Origin: Flavobacteriaceae bacterium
Lineage (GTDB): Bacteria > Bacteroidota > Bacteroidia > Flavobacteriales > Flavobacteriaceae
DNA length: 64,000 bases
Direction: 5' to 3'
NCBI GenBank assembly: GCA_021647885.1
Contig: JAKITV010000006.1
Span: 20,272 to 84,271 of the forward strand
Made by a program: the position numbers and the translations under genes. The notes beneath the pieces are model-generated. The model was given only the letters and a program-made list of their open reading frames with translations. It was not told the DNA's origin and searched no databases. Each line of letters begins with the position of its first letter. Within the stretch, counting starts at the first letter, position 1. Of the stretch, positions 8,272 through 19,578 are shown piece by piece.

Positions 8272-11200
8272 TTGTTGAATTCTTCATCTTTTCATATCTA
8301 TAACGCATCAGCTGGAAGTGGTAAAACATTTACTTTAGTTAAAGAGTATTTAAAGGTTTTGTTTAAATCTTCCAATAAAGAACCCTACAAAAATATTCTT
8401 GCAATTACGTTTACCAATAAGGCTGTTGGCGAGATGAAAGAGCGCATAATAGAAACACTAAAAGAATTTTCTTCTGAAGATATTTTAGTGAAATCAAATA
8501 GTATGTTTGATGCTATTTGTGAAGAATTACCAATTCAGCCAAAGTTGCTTCATGATAAATCCAAAAGAATTTTAAATAGTATAGTCCACAATTATGCAGC
8601 TTTTGATATTTCAACTATAGATAAATTTACTCAAAAATTAATTCGGACTTTTGCATACGATTTGAGGCTTCCTATGAATTTTGAAGTAGAACTTGATACA
8701 GAATCCTTACTAAACGAAGCTGTAGATAATCTTATTGCAAAAGCCGGAAGCGATAAAGAACTAACTAAAACATTAATAGATTTTGCCGTTGAAAAAGCAG
8801 ACGACGATAAAAGTTGGGACATTTCTTTAGATTTTTACAAGATTGCCAAACTCCTTACAAGCGAAAACGACATACCATTTATCGAAACCCTAAAAGATAA
8901 GTCTTTAGAAGATTTTAAAACACTTAAATCAATCTTAAAAGAAAAAATAAAATCTACCGAAGATTTAATAATTAAAGAAGCTCAAGGTGTTTTAGCCCTA
9001 ATTGAAGAATGTGGTTTAGAGTTTAGTGATTTTTCAAGAAGTTCTTTGCCAAAGCATTTTGAAAACCTTTTTAAAAAGAACTTCGACATTAAATTTGATT
9101 CAAACTGGCAAATCGATTTAATTGAAGGCAATGCATTATATCCTAAAAGAGCAACGGAAGATGTTGCTTCAACAATAAACGAAATTCAACCACAATTGGT
9201 TTTGGCATTTAAGCAAACAAAACAAAATGTTTTTCAGCTTAAGTTTTTGAAGAATTTTTATAAAAACTGTACGCCTTTATCAGTCTTAAATTCTATACAT
9301 AAAGAATTAGAATCTTTAAAAAAAGAGCGGAATGTGATTTTAATCTCAGAATTTAATTCAATCATTAGCAATGCCATAAAAAATCAACCTGTGCCTTTTA
9401 TTTATGAGCGTATTGGTGAGAAATTCCGACATTATTTTATTGACGAATTTCAAGATACGTCGGTTATGCAATGGGAGAATTTAATTCCGCTTTTAGATAA
9501 TTCGCTGTCGAGCGAAAACGGAAGCGTCATGTTGGTAGGAGATGCGAAACAGGCTATTTACAGATGGCGAGGTGGAAAAGCCGAACAGTTTATAGGTTTG
9601 TATAATGATGAAAATCCATTTTTTACTGAAAAAGAAAACAGAAACTTACCAAATAATTATAGGAGTTTTGAGGGGATAATTGATTTTAACAATAGCTTTT
9701 TTAAGCACTTGTCAACTTTTGGGTTTAGCAAAAGCGAATATGGAGAATTATATAAACAAAGCACACAAAATGCTTCAATCGAAAAAGAAGGCTATGTTAA
9801 TCTTACTTTTTTAGATTTAGATAAAGATGAAAACCGAGATGAAGCATATCCTAAAAAAGTTTCAGAAACCATCAAAAACTGTTTAAAAAATGGTTTTCAG
9901 TTTAAAGATATATGCATTCTGGTAAGAAAGAAAAAAGAAGGCGTTGCCATTGCCGATTATTTAAATAACGAAGGCGTTGATATTATTTCATCTGAAACTT
10001 TGCTGCTTTCGCGTTCTCCTGAGGTTGAGTTTATCGTTAATATCTTAAAATATGTTTTGGAGCCTCACAACAATGAAGTGAAAATTCTGGTTTTAAATTT
10101 TTTATCCGAACATAAATTAAATATTGCTGATAAGCATCTGTTTTACAATACTTATATAAAACTTGAAATCGATCAGGTTTTTAAGGGCTTGAACAAATTT
10201 GGAATACATTTTAATTATAATGAAGTTTTACAACTCCCTGTTTATGAAGCTGCAGAAAACATTATTTATAGTTTCAATTTAGTTGAAACTTCAAATGCTT
10301 ATGTGCAATTCTTTCTTGATTTTGTGCTGGATTATTTACAAAAAGACCATTCAAGTTTATCGGATTTTATAGAACATTACCACTCCAAAAAAGATGATTT
10401 AAGCATTATTTCTCCTCAAGAAAAAAATGCGGTTCAAATTATGACCATACATAAATCTAAAGGACTGGAATTTCCTGTAGTCATATTTCCCTATGCCGAT
10501 TTAAATATTTACAAAGAATTAGAACCTAAAGAATGGTTTCCATTAGATGCTGAAAAATATCATGGCTTTTCATATGCTCTATTGAACTATAATAAAGACC
10601 TTGAAAACTTTGGGGAAACTGGACAACAAATTTATACTAAACATCAAGCCGAACTTGAACTCGATAATATTAATTTGCTTTATGTTGCCTTAACAAGACC
10701 AATTGAACAATTACACGTTATTAGCAACAAACAAGCTGATAAAAAAGGGAATGAAAATTTAAAGCTCTTTTCGGGATTGTTTATAAATTATCTGAAACAT
10801 ATTGATAAATGGGAAGAGAGCACAACTTCTTATTCTTTTGGCAATCCAAAGAAAACTTCCTCAACTATAGAAAGCACTAAAGTCACTATAGAGCAAGAAC
10901 GTTTTATTTCTACTCCAAAAAAAGAGCACAATATAAAAATAGTTGCTAATTCTGGTTACTTATGGGATACAAATCAACAAAAGGCTATTGAAAAAGGAAA
11001 TCTTATCCATTATATCATGTCGCAAATCAAAACTAAAATTGATGTCGGTATCACTTTTGAAAGATGTTTGGCTACAGGTATAATTAATTCTGTACAAGCT
11101 AAAGAACTCAAACAAATAGTAATAAAAATTGTTGAGCATCCTAAATTATCAAATTATTTTAATTCAGATAACACTATATATAATGAAAGGGATATTATTA

Positions 11201-11409
11201 CAAAAGAAGGTATTTCATTAAGACCTGATAGATTGGTGATAAATACTAAAAATGAAGTCATAATCATAGACTATAAAACTGGGGAATCTAATAAAGAACA
11301 TGCTCAACAGTTACAAATTTATCAAGATGCATTAGAAGACATGAACTTTTTAGTTGCCAAAAAATTACTTATTTATATTAATGATGATATTGAACTAAAA
11401 GAAGTTTAA
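8272..11409 (+). CDS. UvrD-family helicase with C-terminal PD-(D/E)xK nuclease (AddA-like)
   Basis: ASAGSGKT, ITFTNKA, IDEFQDT, VGDAKQAIYRWR, MTIHKSKGLEF, LYVALTR, RPDR...IIDYKTG; TTG start approximate. Confidence 0.9.
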   Translation: MLNSSSFHIYNASAGSGKTFTLVKEYLKVLFKSSNKEPYKNILAITFTNKAVGEMKERIIETLKEFSSEDILVKSNSMFDAICEELPIQPKLLHDKSKRILNSIVHNYAAFDISTIDKFTQKLIRTFAYDLRLPMNFEVELDTESLLNEAVDNLIAKAGSDKELTKTLIDFAVEKADDDKSWDISLDFYKIAKLLTSENDIPFIETLKDKSLEDFKTLKSILKEKIKSTEDLIIKEAQGVLALIEECGLEFSDFSRSSLPKHFENLFKKNFDIKFDSNWQIDLIEGNALYPKRATEDVASTINEIQPQLVLAFKQTKQNVFQLKFLKNFYKNCTPLSVLNSIHKELESLKKERNVILISEFNSIISNAIKNQPVPFIYERIGEKFRHYFIDEFQDTSVMQWENLIPLLDNSLSSENGSVMLVGDAKQAIYRWRGGKAEQFIGLYNDENPFFTEKENRNLPNNYRSFEGIIDFNNSFFKHLSTFGFSKSEYGELYKQSTQNASIEKEGYVNLTFLDLDKDENRDEAYPKKVSETIKNCLKNGFQFKDICILVRKKKEGVAIADYLNNEGVDIISSETLLLSRSPEVEFIVNILKYVLEPHNNEVKILVLNFLSEHKLNIADKHLFYNTYIKLEIDQVFKGLNKFGIHFNYNEVLQLPVYEAAENIIYSFNLVETSNAYVQFFLDFVLDYLQKDHSSLSDFIEHYHSKKDDLSIISPQEKNAVQIMTIHKSKGLEFPVVIFPYADLNIYKELEPKEWFPLDAEKYHGFSYALLNYNKDLENFGETGQQIYTKHQAELELDNINLLYVALTRPIEQLHVISNKQADKKGNENLKLFSGLFINYLKHIDKWEESTTSYSFGNPKKTSSTIESTKVTIEQERFISTPKKEHNIKIVANSGYLWDTNQQKAIEKGNLIHYIMSQIKTKIDVGITFERCLATGIINSVQAKELKQIVIKIVEHPKLSNYFNSDNTIYNERDIITKEGISLRPDRLVINTKNEVIIIDYKTGESNKEHAQQLQIYQDALEDMNFLVAKKLLIYINDDIELKEV

Positions 11410-11430
11410 ATTTGCGGAAAATTAACAAAT

Positions 11431-12624
11431 ATGTACGGAAATATAAAAGAGCATCTTCAAAAAGAAATTCAAGACATAAAAGATAACGGACTTTATAAAG
11501 AAGAGCGCATTATTACCTCTGCACAAGGAGCGGAAATGACCTTAAATACAGGAGAAAAAGTATTAAATTTTTGTTCCAATAACTATTTAGGTTTGTCGTC
11601 ACATCCTGAAGTTATTCAAGCTGCAAAAGACACTATGGATACGCATGGGTTTGGCATGTCCTCAGTGCGTTTTATTTGTGGCACACAAGACATCCATAAA
11701 GAATTAGAGCAAAAAATAGCAGATTTCTATCAAACCGAAGACACTATATTGTATGCGGCAGCTTTTGATGCAAATGGTGGTGTTTTCGAACCTTTATTAA
11801 CGAAAGAAGATGCTATAATATCAGATTCATTAAACCATGCGTCTATTATTGATGGAGTTCGTTTATGTAAAGCTGCAAGATATCGTTATCAAAATAGCGA
11901 TATGACTGATCTGGAAAAACAACTACAAGATGCCAATAGCAATGGAGCTAGATTTAAAATTATTGTAACCGATGGTGTGTTTTCTATGGACGGATTACTT
12001 GCTCCACTTGATGAAATTTGTGATTTAGCAGATAAGTACGATGCTCTGGTGATGATTGACGAATGTCATGCTGCAGGATTTATAGGAAAAACTGGTCGTG
12101 GGACTCTTGAAGAAAAGAATGTTTTAAATCGAATTGATATTATTACAGGAACGCTTGGCAAAGCTCTTGGTGGAGCAATGGGAGGATACACAACTGGCAA
12201 AAAAGAAATTATCGATATATTGCGTCAAAGGTCTAGGCCATATTTGTTTTCAAACTCATTGGCACCTGCAATTGTTGGAGCATCTATTAAAGTTTTCGAC
12301 ATACTCTCGAACGATACCACATTAAGAGATAAACTAGAATGGAACACCAATTACTTTAAAAAAGGAATGAAAAATGCTGGTTTTGATATTGTTGAAGGAG
12401 ATTCCGCAATAGTACCAGTAATGTTATATGATGCAAAATTATCTCAAAATATGGCAAACATGCTGCTTAAGGAAGGAATATATGTTATTGGTTTCTTTTT
12501 TCCTGTAGTCCCAAAAGGAAAAGCTAGAATAAGAGTGCAGCTCTCGGCTGCGCATGAAAAATCTCATTTGGATAAAGCAGTTTCTGCTTTTATTAAAGTA
12601 GGCGAAAAGCTTAAAATTGTTTAA
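11431..12624 (+). CDS. kbl: Glycine C-acetyltransferase (2-amino-3-ketobutyrate CoA ligase)
   Basis: [47 protein letters not shown]. Confidence 0.95.
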   Translation: MYGNIKEHLQKEIQDIKDNGLYKEERIITSAQGAEMTLNTGEKVLNFCSNNYLGLSSHPEVIQAAKDTMDTHGFGMSSVRFICGTQDIHKELEQKIADFYQTEDTILYAAAFDANGGVFEPLLTKEDAIISDSLNHASIIDGVRLCKAARYRYQNSDMTDLEKQLQDANSNGARFKIIVTDGVFSMDGLLAPLDEICDLADKYDALVMIDECHAAGFIGKTGRGTLEEKNVLNRIDIITGTLGKALGGAMGGYTTGKKEIIDILRQRSRPYLFSNSLAPAIVGASIKVFDILSNDTTLRDKLEWNTNYFKKGMKNAGFDIVEGDSAIVPVMLYDAKLSQNMANMLLKEGIYVIGFFFPVVPKGKARIRVQLSAAHEKSHLDKAVSAFIKVGEKLKIV

Positions 12625-12706
12625 AATGCTTCTAAACATGCATGTTTTAATGATAAAATACCAAATATTTTTCTATATTTGTCTTTGTTAATAACATTTA
12701 ACAACT

Positions 12707-12714
12707 TACTTTTG
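12707..12714 (+). promoter_or_regulatory. -7 box for the OmpA-family gene
   Basis: TACTTTTG, 35 bp before the ATG. Confidence 0.55.
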
Positions 12715-12749
12715 CTTACAATTAACACTTAAAAATTAAAACATTTAAT

Positions 12750-14123
12750 ATGAAAAATCTTAGCCGATTAATGTTTGCTTTGTTGCTGGTTCTTGGATAT
12801 AGCAACACAAACGCACAAGACAATAATAACCCTTGGCAGTTTAGTTTTGGGGTAAATGCAGTTGACTTCTACCCAACAGGAGAAGACGCACCTCTTGGAA
12901 CTTATTTTGACGAGTTCTTTAATGTCACTGACCATTACAACATTTTACCTTCTTTATCAACTGTAACAATAGCAAAATACCTTGGAGATGGATTTTCTTT
13001 TGGGGTTATTGGATCATTGAATAAAATTGATGTGTTCGGAGACTCACCTATAGATGATTTAAGCTACTATGGAGTTGACGGAATAATTAAATACAGTTTT
13101 GCAGATCTTATAAATTGCGAAAATATTGAACCATATCTAGGTGTTGGTGGTGGTTATACTTGGGTTGATGACTTTGGCGCAGGAACATTAAATGGGTCTT
13201 TTGGTCTTAACTATTGGTTTAATGATAATTGGGGGCTTACTGCTCAATCGTCTTACAAGCACGTTTTTGATGATGGTAACGTAGCAAAGCACTTCCAACA
13301 TTCTTTAGGAATATCAATTAAATTTGGTGGGAAAGATACAGATGGTGATGGGGTTTACGATAAAGACGATGCCTGTCCGGAAGTTCCTGGTCTAGAAGCT
13401 TTTAATGGCTGTCCTGATAGTGATGGCGATGGAATTGAAGATAGTAAAGATACTTGTCCTAACGAAGCTGGTTTAGCCGAATTTGACGGTTGTCCTGATA
13501 GTGATGGTGATGGAGTTTCTGATAATAACGATAATTGCCCTAATACTCCAGGTTTAAAATCTTTGGCTGGTTGCCCAGATGCTGATGGTGATGGTGTAGC
13601 TGATGGTGATGACAACTGTCCTAACGAAGCTGGTCCAGCAGCAAATAATGGTTGCCCTTGGCCTGACAGTGATGGTGATGGAGTATTAGATAAAGACGAT
13701 CAATGTCCTAACGAAGCTGGAACTGTTGCAAACAATGGTTGTCCTGAAATAGTTCTTCCTACTGAAGAAGTTCAAAATCAATTGACAGAATATGCTAGAA
13801 CTATAAATTTTAATACTGGAAAATCATCTTTTAAAGAAAATACTTATCCAACATTACAAGCCGTTGCTGCGATATTAAAAGAATATCCTAAAGCAAACTT
13901 TACTATCGAAGGTCATACTGACAGTACTGGGAGTGAAGCAACAAACCAATTGTTGTCTGAAAAAAGAGCAAATGCAGTAATGGACTATTTAGTAGCTAAT
14001 GGTATTTCTGGAGCTAGATTAAAAGCTGTAGGATTTGGTGAAGGATCACCGATTGCTTCTAACAACACCAGATCTGGTAGAGCTGCTAACAGACGTGTTG
14101 AAGTAACTTTAGTAAAAGAATAA
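12750..14123 (+). CDS. OmpA-family outer membrane protein with thrombospondin type-3 repeats
   Basis: Signal peptide, beta-barrel region, five DxDGDG(V/I)xD..DxCP repeats, C-terminal EGHTDS...LSEKRA...NRRVE. Confidence 0.93.
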   Translation: MKNLSRLMFALLLVLGYSNTNAQDNNNPWQFSFGVNAVDFYPTGEDAPLGTYFDEFFNVTDHYNILPSLSTVTIAKYLGDGFSFGVIGSLNKIDVFGDSPIDDLSYYGVDGIIKYSFADLINCENIEPYLGVGGGYTWVDDFGAGTLNGSFGLNYWFNDNWGLTAQSSYKHVFDDGNVAKHFQHSLGISIKFGGKDTDGDGVYDKDDACPEVPGLEAFNGCPDSDGDGIEDSKDTCPNEAGLAEFDGCPDSDGDGVSDNNDNCPNTPGLKSLAGCPDADGDGVADGDDNCPNEAGPAANNGCPWPDSDGDGVLDKDDQCPNEAGTVANNGCPEIVLPTEEVQNQLTEYARTINFNTGKSSFKENTYPTLQAVAAILKEYPKANFTIEGHTDSTGSEATNQLLSEKRANAVMDYLVANGISGARLKAVGFGEGSPIASNNTRSGRAANRRVEVTLVKE

Positions 14124-14145
14124 AATTTAAACACAATATAATTTT

Positions 14146-14177
14146 AAAAAACGCTTCGAAATATCGAAGCGTTTTTT
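14146..14177 (+). terminator. Intrinsic terminator after ompA
   Basis: AAAAAACGCTTCGA-AATA-TCGAAGCGTTTTTT. Confidence 0.87.
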
Positions 14178-14188
14178 ATTTTTATACA

Positions 14189-16942
14189 ATGACAAGTTTC
14201 ATTCATGACGTTTTATTAGATCTTAAAAATAAAAATGTTGAATTCTCTCAACTAACATTCATTCTTCCCAGTAAACGTGCTGGGATTTTCTTGAAACACG
14301 AACTGTCTAAAATTGTGTCTCAAACTCTATTCTCTCCTAACATTTTAAGTGTCGAAGAATTTGTTGAAGAATTATCTCAATTAAAACAAATTCCCAACAT
14401 AGAATTGCTTTTTGAATTTTACGATGTATATGTAAAAAACACAGTGAAAAAAGATTTAGACCCTTTTGATGCCTTTACAAAATGGTCTCAAATATTATTG
14501 CAAGATTTTAATGAAATAGACCGTTATCTTATTCCTCAAGAACATATTTTTAATTATTTAAGCGCTATTCAAGATATAAATCATTGGTCTCTGGAAGACA
14601 ATCAAACTCCTTTAATTAAAAACTATCTGTCCTTTTGGAAAAAATTAAGTGCTCACTATTTAAATTTAACAAATAGTCTTATTAACAAAGGTTATGGATA
14701 TCAAGGATTGATATATAGAGAAGCTGTGGAAAATCTAGAAAACTATATCCAGTCTAACCAGAAAAAGAAACACGTTTTTCTTGGGTTTAATGCTCTCAAT
14801 ACTGCCGAATCAACAATAATTCAGGAGTTGCTTCAAAATGATTTAGCAGAGATTTATTGGGATACCGACAATACTTTTATTAATTCCCCTAATCACGATG
14901 CTGGACTTTTTTTAAGAACATATAACTCTCATTGGAAATATTATAAAACCAATCCTTTTAAATGGATAGCTCAAAACTATAAGAGCGAAAAAAATATTTC
15001 TATTATTGGAATCCCAAAAAATATTGGTCAAGCTAAATATATAGGAGAGTTATTACTTAAACTCAATAATAAAGCTTTAAATAAAACTGCTGTTGTTTTA
15101 GGAGACGAAAATCTATTAATCCCTGTTTTAAACTCTATTCCTAAAAATATTAATGCTTTAAATATTACAATGGGTTTTCCTTTAAGAATGACGCCTTTAG
15201 CTTCACTGTTTGAACAACTTCTTGTGCTTCATAAGGACAAGAAGGGTTCGTTTTATTATAAAGATGTTATTGCGCTATTATCGCATCAATTTATTATCCC
15301 TTTATTTAAAACGAATAATGGTAATTCGGCAAAAAGGATTATTGAATTCATTAAAGTAAACAATATAATTTTTCTATCTAAAGAAACGATTCTAAAATTC
15401 GCCAATGAGAAGGAGTCTATCATAACGCTTTTATTCGAAAATTGGAACGATAGTTCTAAAATTGCTTTGCAAAATTGCTTAAAACTTATATTCGTCATAA
15501 AAGAAGATTTAAGCAAAAACAAAAAAGAAAATCTTTTAGGTCTAGAATATTTATTCAGGTTTAACGAAGTGTTCAATGTGCTTAATGATCTGAACATTAA
15601 ATATAATTACCTTCATTCAATTAAAGTGCTGTACGGTTTATATAAAGAGGTTTTAAATAGTGAAACTTTAGACTTTCAAGGAGAGCCTTTACAAGGGCTT
15701 CAGGTTATGGGTATGTTAGAATCTCGAGTGCTGGATTTTGAAACTGTTATTATTTCTTCCGTAAATGAAGGAGTGCTACCTTCAGGCAAAAGCAATAATT
15801 CTTTTATCCCTTTTGATGTAAAAATTGAAAACGGATTACCTACTTATAAAGAAAAAGACGCTGTTTATACATACCACTTTTATAGACTGCTACAGCGTGC
15901 TAAAAATATATTTATACTATACAATACAGAGCCTGACGTATTAAATGGAGGCGAAAAAAGCAGGTTTATCACACAGCTTGAAATTGAAGGTGTTCACAAT
16001 CTCAAACAATTAATTATTGCGCCAAAAACTCCAAAAATCAATAGGCAGTTAATTACTGTCTTTAAAACAGAGGATCTATTATCCACAATAGAAGCAATCG
16101 CTTTAAAAGGATTTTCCCCTTCTTCATTAACCAATTATATAAGAAACCCTATAGACTTCTACTATCAAAAAGTTTTAAGAATAAAAGAACAGGATGGTGT
16201 TGAAGAAACTGTTGCGGCAAATACATTAGGAACTATTGTTCATAACACTTTAGAAGATTTTTATAAGCCTTTAGTTGGTAAGTTTTTATCTATTGAAGCT
16301 ATTAAAATTATGAAAAGGAATATCTCAAAAACAGTTTCGCTTCATTTCGTAGAAGAATATAAGGAAGGTGATATTAATAAAGGTAAAAATCTAATCATCT
16401 TTGAAATCGCCAAACGTTATGTTTCAAATTTTTTGAATCTGGAGATTGACACTTTAAAAAAAGGAAATACAATAAAAATAATTGCTGTTGAAGCAAAAAA
16501 TGAAACTGTTCTAAATATTCCTGAACTTAATTTTCCAGTAACGATAAAAGGAACGGTTGACCGTATTGACGAATTTAATGGAACCACAAGAATTATAGAT
16601 TACAAAACAGGAAGAGTAGAACAAAGCAAAGTCGAAATTGTTAATTGGGAAGACATCACTACAGATTATACAAAATATAGCAAATCGTTTCAAATCCTTA
16701 TGTATGCATATATGATGAATAAAGAAATCCCTTTTAGTAGTCCTGCTGAAGCGGGAATAATTTCATTTAAAAATTTGAATTCCGGATTTATAAAATTTTC
16801 TAAAAAAGACAGGTCAGGTGCTTATGCTAAAAAAGATTCTTTAATTACTCAAGATACTCTTAATACTTTTTTTATAGAATTAAAAAAGCTAATTTTAGAA
16901 ATCTGTAATCCTGAAATTCCATTTACAGAAAAAGAAATATAA
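14189..16942 (+). CDS. PD-(D/E)xK nuclease family protein with inactive helicase-like N-terminus (AddB-like)
   Basis: LPSKRA, GLQVMGMLESR, FSPSSL, GTVDRID...IIDYKTG, Q..MY. Confidence 0.85.
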   Translation: MTSFIHDVLLDLKNKNVEFSQLTFILPSKRAGIFLKHELSKIVSQTLFSPNILSVEEFVEELSQLKQIPNIELLFEFYDVYVKNTVKKDLDPFDAFTKWSQILLQDFNEIDRYLIPQEHIFNYLSAIQDINHWSLEDNQTPLIKNYLSFWKKLSAHYLNLTNSLINKGYGYQGLIYREAVENLENYIQSNQKKKHVFLGFNALNTAESTIIQELLQNDLAEIYWDTDNTFINSPNHDAGLFLRTYNSHWKYYKTNPFKWIAQNYKSEKNISIIGIPKNIGQAKYIGELLLKLNNKALNKTAVVLGDENLLIPVLNSIPKNINALNITMGFPLRMTPLASLFEQLLVLHKDKKGSFYYKDVIALLSHQFIIPLFKTNNGNSAKRIIEFIKVNNIIFLSKETILKFANEKESIITLLFENWNDSSKIALQNCLKLIFVIKEDLSKNKKENLLGLEYLFRFNEVFNVLNDLNIKYNYLHSIKVLYGLYKEVLNSETLDFQGEPLQGLQVMGMLESRVLDFETVIISSVNEGVLPSGKSNNSFIPFDVKIENGLPTYKEKDAVYTYHFYRLLQRAKNIFILYNTEPDVLNGGEKSRFITQLEIEGVHNLKQLIIAPKTPKINRQLITVFKTEDLLSTIEAIALKGFSPSSLTNYIRNPIDFYYQKVLRIKEQDGVEETVAANTLGTIVHNTLEDFYKPLVGKFLSIEAIKIMKRNISKTVSLHFVEEYKEGDINKGKNLIIFEIAKRYVSNFLNLEIDTLKKGNTIKIIAVEAKNETVLNIPELNFPVTIKGTVDRIDEFNGTTRIIDYKTGRVEQSKVEIVNWEDITTDYTKYSKSFQILMYAYMMNKEIPFSSPAEAGIISFKNLNSGFIKFSKKDRSGAYAKKDSLITQDTLNTFFIELKKLILEICNPEIPFTEKEI

Positions 16943-17803
16943 ATGAGGGTTAAGAGCAACATAATAATAGAAGGAAAACACAATAAACCCATTTTAGTGG
17001 ATGTATTTTATGTGACTGATAGATCTCCGAAACCAATAGTTATATTTTGTCATGGTTATAAAGGATTTAAAGATTGGGGAGCATGGAATATTATGGCAAG
17101 AGCTTTTGCAGAAGCGGGTTTCTGTTTTATAAAATTTAATTTTTCTTATAATGGCGGAACAGCGGAACAGCCTATAGATTTTCCAGATTTAGAAGCCTTT
17201 GGGAATAATAATTACACAAAAGAACTAGACGATTTAGAATCGGTTATAAATTGGGTTTGTGAGAATCCTGATATTAATAAAGAGGCAGATGTTAACAACA
17301 TCACTCTATTTGGTCACAGCAGAGGTGGTGGCATTGTTTCAATTAAAGCCGAAGAGGATTCAAGAATTAAAACGATAATTACTTTAGCCGGAGTAAGCGA
17401 TTTTAAAGTCCGCTTTAATGAAAACTCTAACGAATTCAAAACTTGGAAACAAAAAGGAGTTAAGTTTGTAGAAAACGGAAGAACAAAACAGCAAATGCCA
17501 CATTACTTCCAGTTTTACCAAGATTTTATTGCCAATGAAAATCGCCTTACAATAAAACGAGCTGTTTCAAACTTAAAAATACCTCACTTAATTATTCATG
17601 GAAGCGATGACACTTCAGTTTCGGTTGAAGAAGCCAAAACGCTTCATAAATGGAATCCTAATAGTAAATTAAAAATTATTGAAGGTGCAAATCATGTTTT
17701 TGGCACTTCTCACCCTTGGGAAAAAGATAACTTATCAGAAGAATTACAGAAGGCTATCGATATTTCTATTGACTTTTTACAAAACAACTTGAATGAACAA
17801 TGA
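16943..17803 (+). CDS. Alpha/beta hydrolase
   Basis: HGYKGF, GHSRGG nucleophile elbow, HGSDD, ANHVF. Confidence 0.88.
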   Translation: MRVKSNIIIEGKHNKPILVDVFYVTDRSPKPIVIFCHGYKGFKDWGAWNIMARAFAEAGFCFIKFNFSYNGGTAEQPIDFPDLEAFGNNNYTKELDDLESVINWVCENPDINKEADVNNITLFGHSRGGGIVSIKAEEDSRIKTIITLAGVSDFKVRFNENSNEFKTWKQKGVKFVENGRTKQQMPHYFQFYQDFIANENRLTIKRAVSNLKIPHLIIHGSDDTSVSVEEAKTLHKWNPNSKLKIIEGANHVFGTSHPWEKDNLSEELQKAIDISIDFLQNNLNEQ

Positions 17804-19331
17804 GTTTTTAAAATTTTTCTGTTTTACATTAGTTTTTGGAATTTTGGGATGCGGTTTTCCAAAAGAAGTTGAAAATATCGACCTCACTGAATTAACTATA
17901 ACTAACATTCATGATGCCTATAAAAATGACACCTACAACAGTCAAGAATTAGTTGCTGCTTATATAGAACAGATTGAAAAATTTGATAAAAACATTAATT
18001 CAATTTCAATTATAAATCCTGAAGCACTTTTTATAGCTAAAACCCTTGATGAAGAATACAAAAAAACTAATATTCTGCGACCATTACACGGAATCCCATT
18101 AATTGTAAAAGACAACATTAACACTAAAGGATTACCATCAACTGGAGGTTCTTTAGCTCTTAAAGATTTTATTCCTAAAGAAGATGCATTTATAATTGAT
18201 AAATTAGTGAAAGCTGGTGCAGTCATTATAGCCAAATCCAATATGGCCGAATGGGCTTTTAGCCCAAAACATACCGAAAGTTCAACAAAAGGAACAACTC
18301 GAAATCCTTATAATTTGGATTATGTTCCAGCTGGGTCAAGTGGTGGCACAGCAGCTTCAATAGCTTCAAATTTTGGAACTATTGGTTTGGGTACAGATAC
18401 AGGAAACTCTATTCGCGGTCCTTCGTCTCATAACGCATTAGTTGGTTTTAGAACCACTATTGGACTAATAAGTAGAGAAGGTATAATTCCTCTTATTTTA
18501 AGAAATGATGTGGTTGGCCCAATGTGTCGCACTGTAGAAGATGCAACAAAAGTTATGGAAATAATGGTTGGTTACGATGCAAATGATGCTGTTACTAAAT
18601 ATTCTGAAGGGAATATTCGCAATAACTACACACAATTTCTTCAAAAAGACGGACTAAAAGGTACTCGAATTGGTGTATTAAGTGAATTAATTGATAAAGA
18701 TTCAGACAAAGAAGTCATCACATTATTTGAAAATGCTTTATTGGATATGAAAGCTCTCGGAGCACAAATTGTTGATTCTGTTAAAATTCCTGGTTTTTCA
18801 AGCTTAAAAGAGAATCAATGGTGCATAGAATTTAGAAAAGATGTTGAGTCTTATCTTGCAAAATATGTTAAAAATGACTCTGTCAAAACTTTAGAAGATA
18901 TTATCCGGATTGGTTCAAAATCAAAATATGCAACAGATAGATTACAGTTTTTTTCTACAAACCAAGGCAGAATGAAAAATCCTGAAATTGAATGTTTAGA
19001 TCCATTCACAGATATTAGACGTATCGCCTTTAGAGAAGCCATAGAAAAACGTATGGATGAGCTACAATTGGATGCAATTATCTATCCTACCTGGAATAAT
19101 AAACCTGCAAGAATCGATTTATTTAATGAAGAATATAAAGGGGATAATAGTCAAATTATTGCTCCACATACAGGTCAACCCGCATTTACTGTACCTATGG
19201 GTTATACCACAGGAAATTTACCTGCTGGGATTCAATTTTTAGGGCGAATGTTTGACGAACCTACATTAATTAAGCTTGCGTATTCTTATGAACAAGGCAC
19301 ACAACATAGAAAACCACCAGTATTAAATTAG
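17793..19331 (+). CDS. Amidase signature family enzyme, probable lipoprotein
   Basis: LHGIPLIVKDN, GSSGG, GTDTGNSIRGP; ILGC lipobox. Confidence 0.9.
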   Translation: MNNEFLKFFCFTLVFGILGCGFPKEVENIDLTELTITNIHDAYKNDTYNSQELVAAYIEQIEKFDKNINSISIINPEALFIAKTLDEEYKKTNILRPLHGIPLIVKDNINTKGLPSTGGSLALKDFIPKEDAFIIDKLVKAGAVIIAKSNMAEWAFSPKHTESSTKGTTRNPYNLDYVPAGSSGGTAASIASNFGTIGLGTDTGNSIRGPSSHNALVGFRTTIGLISREGIIPLILRNDVVGPMCRTVEDATKVMEIMVGYDANDAVTKYSEGNIRNNYTQFLQKDGLKGTRIGVLSELIDKDSDKEVITLFENALLDMKALGAQIVDSVKIPGFSSLKENQWCIEFRKDVESYLAKYVKNDSVKTLEDIIRIGSKSKYATDRLQFFSTNQGRMKNPEIECLDPFTDIRRIAFREAIEKRMDELQLDAIIYPTWNNKPARIDLFNEEYKGDNSQIIAPHTGQPAFTVPMGYTTGNLPAGIQFLGRMFDEPTLIKLAYSYEQGTQHRKPPVLN

Positions 19332-19405
19332 TGGAGAAGATGGGACTCGAACCCACGACCTCTTGACTGCCAGTCAAGCGCTCTAGCCAACTGAGCTACA
19401 TCCCC
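19332..19405 (-). tRNA. tRNA-Ala(GGC)
   Basis: GGGGATGTAGCTCAG...CTTGA-CTGGCAG-TCAAG...GTTCGAGTCCCATCTTCTCCA; G3:U70 pair; CCA not encoded. Confidence 0.96.
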
Positions 19406-19578
19406 AAATTTATTTCATCTCGATTAATACTAAAACTAGTCTTGAGCTATAAAAATATTTCCTAAACAGATGCAACAGCAACTAAAATATTCTTCATAAT
19501 CAAAAATTTAAAAACTAAATTTGTATATAATTTCATGCAAAAGTAAACATTAATAATGATAATACTAATCCATCGCAT

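Noticed and set aside
13333-13745. DNA repeats TGTCCTGATAGTGATGG / TGTCCTAACGAAGCTGG
   Set aside because: Explained by the TSP3 protein repeats of OmpA; the antisense 86-aa ORF is their shadow.
17793-19405. Amidase abutting the tRNA-Ala 3' end as an integrated element
   Set aside because: No integrase and no duplicated tRNA 3' end (att) was seen; only adjacency.
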